A stretch of DNA of 7,762 nt from a virus. Its lineage: Duplodnaviria > Heunggongvirae > Uroviricota > Caudoviricetes. The DNA is taken from the IMG/VR virus record IMGVR_UViG_3300011952_000013. One strand, given 5' to 3'. The translations under genes were made by a program, and so were the position numbers. Position 1 is the stretch's first letter; the number at the start of each line of letters is the position of its first letter. This document shows, in pieces, positions 1-4,746 of the stretch. Below the pieces are notes generated by a model. That model did not search any database. It saw only the letters and a program-made list of their open reading frames with translations, and had not been told where the DNA came from.

Positions 1-1539
1 GATGAAATTGCTGCCATGCTGGCGGATGAGACCTGGATGTCCGGTGCCGAATGTCTGGCACATGGATTTGCTGATCAGGTGACGCCAGCCGTTAAGGCAA
101 TGGCATGTATTCAGTCAAAACGTACAGAGGAATTTAAAAAGATGCCGGAATCCATTCGAAACATGATTACTCCGCCACGCAACAGTGCTCCACGCGTACA
201 GGATGATGAACCTGCAGCCTCCCGGACGCCAGTGCAGGCAGCAGCACCCGTGGTGGATGAAAACAGTATCCGTGCGCAGGTACTGGCAGAGCAAAAAGCG
301 CGTGTAAACGGTATTAATGATCTGTTTGCCATGTTTGGCGGGCGTTATCAGACGCTGCAGGCTCAGTGTCTTGCCGATCCTGAGTGTTCGCTGGAGCAGG
401 TCCGCGAAAAGCTGTTGAACGAGATGGGGCGCGAGTCCACGCCATCCAATAAAAATACACCGGCTCATATTTATGCTGGTAACGGTGATTTTGTGGGGGA
501 CGGGATCCGCCAGGCGCTGATGGCGCGTGCCGGATTTGAAAAAACCGAACGTGATAATGTCTACAACGGGATGACCCTGCGTGAATATGCCCGTATGTCA
601 CTGACTGAACGGGGTATTGGGGTTTCCGGTTATAACCCGATGCAGATGGTCGGTGCGGCGTTCACCCACAGTACGTCTGACTTCGGTAATATTCTGCTGG
701 ATGTTGCGAACAAAGCCATTCTGCAGGGCTGGGAAGATGCTCCTGAAACCTATGAACAATGGACGCGGAAAGGTCAGTTGTCTGATTTTAAAATTGCCCA
801 TCGTGTGGGTATGGGGGGCTTCAGTGCTCTGCGTCAGGTGCGTGAAGGGGCGGAATATAAATACGTCACCACCGGAGATAAACAGGCCACTATTGCACTG
901 GCGACCTATGGCGAGCTGTTCAGTATCACCCGTCAGGCCATTATCAATGATGATCTGAATATGCTGACCGATGTCCCGATGAAACTGGGCCGTGCGGCGA
1001 AATCCACTATTGCCGATCTGGTTTATGCCATTCTGACGTCTAACCCGAAAATCTCCACAGATAATGTAAGTCTGTTCGATAAAGCGAAACATGCAAACGT
1101 ACTGGAGAGCGCTGCAATGGACGTGGCATCGCTGGATAAAGCCCGCCAGTTGATGCGCGTTCAGAAAGAGGGGGAGCGTCATCTGAATATTCGTCCTGCG
1201 TTCGTACTGGTACCGACGGCGATGGAGTCTGTTGCTAACCAGGTCATTCGCTCCTCAAGTGTCAAGGGGGCTGACATTAACGCCGGTATTATTAACCCGG
1301 TGAAAGATTTTGCGACCGTTATTGCAGAGCCTCGTCTTGATGATAACAGCCAGACCACCTTCTACCTGGCTGCGTCAAAAGGCTCCGATACGATTGAAGT
1401 GGCTTATCTCAACGGTGTGGATACGCCATATATTGATCAGATGGAGGGCTTCAGTGTGGATGGCGTGACAACGAAAGTGCGTATTGACGCCGGTGTCGCG
1501 CCAGTTGATCACCGCGGTCTGGTGAAATGTACGGCGTAA
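1..1539 (+). CDS. 5'-truncated fusion ORF: C-terminal end of a ClpP/S49-like prohead protease, a Pro/Ala-rich linker, then an HK97-fold major capsid protein. The true start lies upstream of the window.
   Basis: Frame 1 is open from nt 1 (no stop before 1537-1539 TAA), so the ATG at 16 is not the real start. The first ~25 residues (DEIAAMLADETWMSGAECLAHGFADQV) resemble the C-terminal helix region of ClpP-family proteases. Residues ~50-80 are low-complexity P/A/Q-rich. The remaining ~400 aa have the size and character of a phage major capsid protein. The gene is followed by a terminator hairpin, and its position is immediately upstream of the head-tail joining genes. Confidence 0.8.
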   Translation, partial: DEIAAMLADETWMSGAECLAHGFADQVTPAVKAMACIQSKRTEEFKKMPESIRNMITPPRNSAPRVQDDEPAASRTPVQAAAPVVDENSIRAQVLAEQKARVNGINDLFAMFGGRYQTLQAQCLADPECSLEQVREKLLNEMGRESTPSNKNTPAHIYAGNGDFVGDGIRQALMARAGFEKTERDNVYNGMTLREYARMSLTERGIGVSGYNPMQMVGAAFTHSTSDFGNILLDVANKAILQGWEDAPETYEQWTRKGQLSDFKIAHRVGMGGFSALRQVREGAEYKYVTTGDKQATIALATYGELFSITRQAIINDDLNMLTDVPMKLGRAAKSTIADLVYAILTSNPKISTDNVSLFDKAKHANVLESAAMDVASLDKARQLMRVQKEGERHLNIRPAFVLVPTAMESVANQVIRSSSVKGADINAGIINPVKDFATVIAEPRLDDNSQTTFYLAASKGSDTIEVAYLNGVDTPYIDQMEGFSVDGVTTKVRIDAGVAPVDHRGLVKCTA

Positions 1540-1562
1540 ACGTCGCAGACAACAACTCTGAT

Positions 1563-1582
1563 GGCCCGTAAGGGCTTTTTTT
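1563..1582 (+). terminator. Rho-independent terminator-like hairpin after the capsid gene: short GC stem with a GTAA (GNRA) tetraloop followed by a run of seven T.
   Basis: GCCC(1564-1567) GTAA GGGC(1572-1575), possibly extended by a G1563.T1576 wobble pair, then TTTTTTT at 1576-1582. Lies 24 nt after the capsid stop codon. Confidence 0.6.
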
Positions 1583-1593
1583 GTACCTGAAAT

Positions 1594-1612
1594 CAGCCCC
1601 TGAACGGGGCTG
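1594..1612 (+). promoter_or_regulatory. Second 7-bp perfect hairpin (CAGCCCC-TGAAC-GGGGCTG) with no T-tract, directly upstream of the Shine-Dalgarno of the next gene. Possible mRNA-stability or translation-modulating structure.
   Basis: Perfect inverted repeat 1594-1600 / 1606-1612, followed by GGAGA (1616-1620) and ATG at 1626. Confidence 0.4.
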
Positions 1613-1625
1613 TGCGGAGACAGTT

Positions 1626-1949
1626 ATGGCAAAGAATTTTGTAGAAGAAGGAAAAACGGTGGCGATTGTTGCCAGTGCAGCCATCAGCAGCGGAGAGCTG
1701 GTGCAGGTGGGTGATGTTTTTGCGGTGGCGCTGACCGATATTCCACAGGGTGAAACAGGCGACGGCATGACCGAAGGTGTGTTTATGCTGCCTAAGCTGA
1801 AAACGGATGACATGAAAACGGGTAAGAAGGTTTATCTGAAGTCCGGAAAAGTTCAGCTGACTAACAGCGGCTCTGATCCGCTGGTCGGGGTTGTCTGGGC
1901 AGATGCCGGAACCAGTGCAGAAGAAGTGCCGGTAAAACTCAATGTCTGA
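1626..1949 (+). CDS. Small (107 aa) phage head-associated protein, DUF2190-like. Function unknown; possibly a capsid decoration/cement or head-completion protein.
   Basis: ATG at 1626 is preceded by GGAGA at 5-nt spacing. The upstream ATG at 1581 offered by the ORF track lies inside the terminator T-tract and has no RBS. The N-terminus MAKNFVEEGKT and the Gly-rich beta-like composition match my recollection of DUF2190 family members. It sits between the capsid and head-tail joining genes. Its stop overlaps the next start (ATGTCTGA). Confidence 0.6.
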   Translation: MAKNFVEEGKTVAIVASAAISSGELVQVGDVFAVALTDIPQGETGDGMTEGVFMLPKLKTDDMKTGKKVYLKSGKVQLTNSGSDPLVGVVWADAGTSAEEVPVKLNV

Positions 1950-2217
1950 TCCCTTTTCCCGGCTGGCAGCGCGTATGGATGCGATCACGGTCAGAAAGAT
2001 GGGAAAGACAGCCTCGATTAATGATGTCGATATGACTGTGATCCCGGGAGAAACACTGGCAGAGCTGAATGCTCTGTCCGGACCTGCGGTCTCTCTGGTG
2101 GTGTTTTCTTCGGGATACCGCCCACGGCGCGGGGATCGCGTTGTTTATGACGGACAACAATGGACGGTCACACGGCATGAACGCTTTAACGGTAAGCCAA
2201 TGATCTTTATTGAGTAA
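1942..2217 (+). CDS. FII: Head-tail joining / head completion protein, lambda gpFII-like (91 aa).
   Basis: Start ATG at 1942 overlaps the upstream stop. The translation shows FII-like landmarks (N-terminal F..L..A...D.I..R.MG..A.I and a central RRGD motif) by eye against remembered lambda FII. Located immediately upstream of the gpZ-like gene as in lambda. Confidence 0.6.
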   Translation: MSDPFSRLAARMDAITVRKMGKTASINDVDMTVIPGETLAELNALSGPAVSLVVFSSGYRPRRGDRVVYDGQQWTVTRHERFNGKPMIFIE

Positions 2218-2228
2218 AGAGGTGTGGG

Positions 2229-2819
2229 ATGAAGGGGCTTGAGAATGCCATCCGCAATCTGAACAGCCTTGATACCCGTATGGTGCCACAGGCCAGCGCA
2301 TGGGCGATAAACCGTGTGGCACAGAAAGCGGTCTCGGTTGCCACCCGGCAGGTTGCCGGGAATACCGTTGCGGGAGATAACCAGGTGAAAGGGATCCCCC
2401 TGAAACTGGTACGTCAGCGTGTCCGGGTGTTTAAAGCCAGTCCGTCAGGAAAAATGACGGCCAGGATCCGCGTTAACCGGGGCAATCTGCCCGCCATCAA
2501 ACTGAACACAACACGGCGGCGTGCTGGTGAAGGACTGAGAGTGGGAAAATACTTTTTCCGGGGGGCATTTGTTCAGCAACTGGCGAATGGCCGCTGGCAT
2601 GTTCTGAGGCGTCTTCCTGAAGCGCGTTTTGCAACAGGGCATGACCATCAGGGCAGGCCAAGAAAAAATCGTCTTCCTGTGGAGGTAGTGAAAATCCCGC
2701 TGTCCGGACCGCTGACACAGGCATTTGAAGATGCCCGCGACCACATCATTGCTGCGGAAATGCCGAAACAGCTGGGGTATGCACTGAAACAACAACTGAG
2801 GTTATGGCTGACCCGATGA
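2229..2819 (+). CDS. Z: Minor tail / tail completion protein, lambda gpZ-like (196 aa).
   Basis: RBS AAGAGGTG at 2217-2224, then ATG at 2229. Size matches lambda Z (~192 aa) and the N-terminus MKGLENAIRNLNSL is Z-like. Its stop overlaps the U start (ATGA at 2816-2819). Synteny FII-Z-U-V. Confidence 0.75.
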   Translation: MKGLENAIRNLNSLDTRMVPQASAWAINRVAQKAVSVATRQVAGNTVAGDNQVKGIPLKLVRQRVRVFKASPSGKMTARIRVNRGNLPAIKLNTTRRRAGEGLRVGKYFFRGAFVQQLANGRWHVLRRLPEARFATGHDHQGRPRKNRLPVEVVKIPLSGPLTQAFEDARDHIIAAEMPKQLGYALKQQLRLWLTR

Positions 2820-3219
2820 ACCGACATACACAAATCCGCCAGGTCGTACTGGCACGCCTTCGGGAACAGTGTGGAGACAGCGCCACGTTTTTTGACGGGC
2901 TTCCGGCATTTATTGATGCGCANNNNNNNNNNCTGCCGTGGCGGTGTGGCTGAGTGATGCTCAGTACACCGGAAAAATGACGGATGAAGATGACTGGCAG
3001 GCTGTTCTGCATATTGCCGTCTTCATCCGGGCACAGGCACCGGATTCAGAGCTGGATATGTGGATGGAGAGCACCATTTTCCCGGCCCTGAATGATGTAC
3101 CGGCACTTTCCGGACTCATCGACACCCTGAACCCACTCGGTTTTAACTATCAACGTGATAATGAGATGGCCACCTGGGCGATGGCGGAAATCACGTACCA
3201 GATCACGTACACGAATTAA
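2816..3219 (+). CDS. U: Tail terminator protein, lambda gpU-like. The reading frame is interrupted by a 10-N run (2923-2932), across which the frame appears to change (frame 2 before, frame 1 after).
   Basis: ATG at 2816 gives MNRHTQIRQVVLARLREQCGDSATFFDGLPAFIDA. After the N-run, frame 1 gives AVWLSDAQYTGKMTDEDDWQAVLHIAVFIRAQAPDSELDMWMESTIFPALNDVPALSGLIDTLNPLGFNYQRDNEMATWAMAEITYQITYTN. Both halves are collinear with remembered lambda gpU (ATFFDGRP..., AVAVYLTGAEYTG..., ELHIEVF...PDSELDAWMES...). Stop TAA at 3217-3219. Confidence 0.8.
2923..2932. other. Run of 10 N (assembly gap or masked bases) inside the gpU-like gene.
   Basis: Literal n characters in the sequence. Confidence 1.
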
Positions 3220-3229
3220 GGAGGTGGTA

Positions 3230-3973
3230 ATGACCACACCAAATCCACTGGCAAAGACGAAAGGTGCGGGGACGACGTTCTGGATGTATACCGGCAACGG
3301 CGATGCGTTTGCGAACCCTTTGTCGGACACTGACTGGCTGCGTCTTGCGATGGTGAAGGATCTGCAACCTGGCGAAATGACCGCTGATGCAGAAGATGAC
3401 ACTTATCTCGATGATGAAGATGCAGACTGGAAAACGACAACCCAGGGGCAGAAATCCGTTGGTGATACTTCGGCGACGCTGGCCTGGCGTCCGGGTGACA
3501 GCGGGCAGAAAAAACTGGTTCAGTTGTTCGACTCCGGTGAAGTCTGCGCGTTTCGTATCAAATATCCCAACGGCACTGTTGATGTTTTCCGTGGCTGGCT
3601 GAGCTCACTGGGTAAAACCATTGCCTCAAAAGACGTGATGACCCGCACTGTGAAAATCAGCGGTGTGGGGCGTCCGTATCTGGCAGAGGAAGGCACTGAA
3701 ACCGTGAGCGTTACCGGGCTGACAGTATCACCGGCGTCTGCCAGTGTAAAAGTGGGAGCAACCACCACGCTGACCTTTACAGTAAAACCTGACGGAGCCA
3801 GTGACAAAGCGATCAGTGTGCATTCGTCAGATCCACAGACTGCCACGGTTACCCTGAACGGACTTGTGGCCACGGTAAAAGGCGTGAAGCAGGGCAGTGT
3901 CAGCATTGTGGGCATGACCGCTGACGGGAATTTTGTGGCTGTGGCTGCGGTGACTGTCAGCGCCGCAGGTTAA
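3230..3973 (+). CDS. V: Major tail tube protein, lambda gpV-like (247 aa), with a C-terminal Ig-like (Big_2-type) domain.
   Basis: Strong RBS AGGAGG (3219-3224) 5 nt upstream of ATG 3230; the ORF-track start at 3155 has no RBS and overlaps U. The translation MTTPNPLAKTKGAGTTFWMYTGNGDAFANPLSD...YLDDEDADW...NGTVDVFRGW is closely collinear with remembered lambda gpV. The C-terminal ~90 aa are T/V/S/A-rich in a beta-sandwich-like pattern typical of Big_2 domains. Confidence 0.93.
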   Translation: MTTPNPLAKTKGAGTTFWMYTGNGDAFANPLSDTDWLRLAMVKDLQPGEMTADAEDDTYLDDEDADWKTTTQGQKSVGDTSATLAWRPGDSGQKKLVQLFDSGEVCAFRIKYPNGTVDVFRGWLSSLGKTIASKDVMTRTVKISGVGRPYLAEEGTETVSVTGLTVSPASASVKVGATTTLTFTVKPDGASDKAISVHSSDPQTATVTLNGLVATVKGVKQGSVSIVGMTADGNFVAVAAVTVSAAG

Positions 3974-3993
3974 CAGGACGATACTCATCATTT

Positions 3994-4017
3994 GCCCCGG
4001 TTATCCGGGGCTTTTTT
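3994..4017 (+). terminator. Rho-independent terminator-like hairpin between the major tail gene and the chaperone gene.
   Basis: GCCCCGG (3994-4000), TTAT loop, CCGGGGC (4005-4011), then TTTTTT (4012-4017). Begins 21 nt after the V stop codon. Confidence 0.7.
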
Positions 4018-4033
4018 GCAGGTGGAGAACATG

Positions 4034-4420
4034 ATGTTTCTGAAACAGGGCACGTTTAATTATGAAAAACAGTCCGTGGTGCTCAGTGAGCTGTCCGGGC
4101 TGCAGAGAATTGAATATCTGGCGTTTGTTCAGCAGCGAACGGCAAAGTTTGATGCCGGTGAGGGAGAACTGCCGGAGGCTGAACGACAGATTGCTTTTCT
4201 GCGGATGGGGATGGATATCAATGCCTGGCTGGTTTCCCGCTCACTGTGGAATGCGGATCAGTCTAAGGATGTAGAGACGCTTTGCGCATCCGTTATTACA
4301 ACATGGTCGTATGATGCCCTGGGTGCGGGGGCGGAGATGGTTCTGTCGCTGAGCGGTATGGGGGCCATTGATAATGCCGGGGGTGATGAGCATGAGTCGC
4401 TGACGCCGGAAAAGTCCTGA
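4034..4420 (+). CDS. G: Tail assembly chaperone, lambda gpG-like (128 aa if started at 4034; ATG at 4031 is an alternative).
   Basis: GGTGGAG (4021-4027) precedes ATG 4031/4034. The product from 4034, MFLKQGTFNYEKQSVVLSELSGLQRIEYLAF, is collinear with remembered lambda gpG (MFLK...TLSELSALQRIEHLA). The ORF-track start at 3992 lies inside the terminator stem. Stop TGA at 4418-4420. Confidence 0.85.
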   Translation: MFLKQGTFNYEKQSVVLSELSGLQRIEYLAFVQQRTAKFDAGEGELPEAERQIAFLRMGMDINAWLVSRSLWNADQSKDVETLCASVITTWSYDALGAGAEMVLSLSGMGAIDNAGGDEHESLTPEKS

Positions 4421-4710
4421 CGCGGGAAATGCAGTTTGTCATGCGGCTTGCCCGGGAGTTCCGACGGGCAGACTGGCGGCGGATGCTGTCGGAAATGTCG
4501 GCCACTGAGCTTGGTGAGTGGGGCGATTATTTCCGGATGCAGAGCTTCAGTGATGTGTGGATGGATGCGCAGTTTGCCTCGCTGAAGGCATTGATCGTGA
4601 GAATGGTGTCCGGCAGCAGTGATGCTGCGGTGGCTGATTTCAGCCTTTTACCGGAAGAGAACGGGATACCGGAGCGAACGGACGANNNNNNNNNNCGGAC
4701 GAAGAACTGA
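4396..4710 (+). CDS. T: gpT-like segment of the tail assembly chaperone, in the -1 frame relative to G. Probably expressed only as a G-T fusion by programmed -1 ribosomal frameshifting near 4408-4414. Contains a 10-N run (4686-4695), so the 3' end is uncertain.
   Basis: Frame 1 is open from 4396 (upstream in-frame TGA at 4393-4395) and overlaps the last 7 codons of G. An A-rich slippery-like heptamer G_GAA_AAG sits at 4408-4414. Position between G and the tape measure gene matches the conserved G/GT arrangement of lambda-like tail operons. The ATG at 4429 has no convincing RBS. Confidence 0.65.
   Translation, partial: VADAGKVLTREMQFVMRLAREFRRADWRRMLSEMSATELGEWGDYFRMQSFSDVWMDAQFASLKALIVRMVSGSSDAAVADFSLLPEENGIPERTDXXXXRTKN
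4686..4695. other. Run of 10 N near the 3' end of the gpT-like frame, flanked on both sides by the heptamer CGGACGA.
   Basis: Literal n characters; sequence reads aaCGGACGA-N10-CGGACGAag. Confidence 1.
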
Positions 4711-4746
4711 TGCATCTTGGGGAAGGGATTTCCGGAGGCGGGCGTT

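Noticed and set aside
598-1182. 194-aa ORF on the minus strand inside the capsid gene.
   Set aside because: Completely antisense to a well-supported capsid coding region, no RBS, and no recognisable protein features. Typical spurious antisense ORF.
1581-1625. Upstream ATG (1581) proposed by the ORF track as the start of the 122-aa ORF.
   Set aside because: It lies within the terminator T-tract and second hairpin and has no Shine-Dalgarno; the ATG at 1626 has GGAGA at proper spacing.
3155-3229. Upstream extension of the major tail ORF (start at 3155).
   Set aside because: It overlaps the 3' end of the U gene in another frame and has no RBS; ATG 3230 has a near-consensus AGGAGG at 5-nt spacing and gives the expected lambda-V-like N-terminus.
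3992-4033. Upstream extension of the gpG-like ORF (start at 3992).
   Set aside because: Starts inside the terminator hairpin; the homologous N-terminus (MFLK...) begins at 4034 downstream of GGTGGAG.
4062-4274. 70-aa plus-strand ORF in an alternative frame inside the gpG-like gene.
   Set aside because: Fully embedded in a supported CDS, Cys/Arg-rich odd composition, no RBS.
4717-4746. TTG start at 4717 for the tape measure ORF.
   Set aside because: No RBS; ATG 4747 is preceded by GGAGG and yields the lambda-H-like N-terminus.
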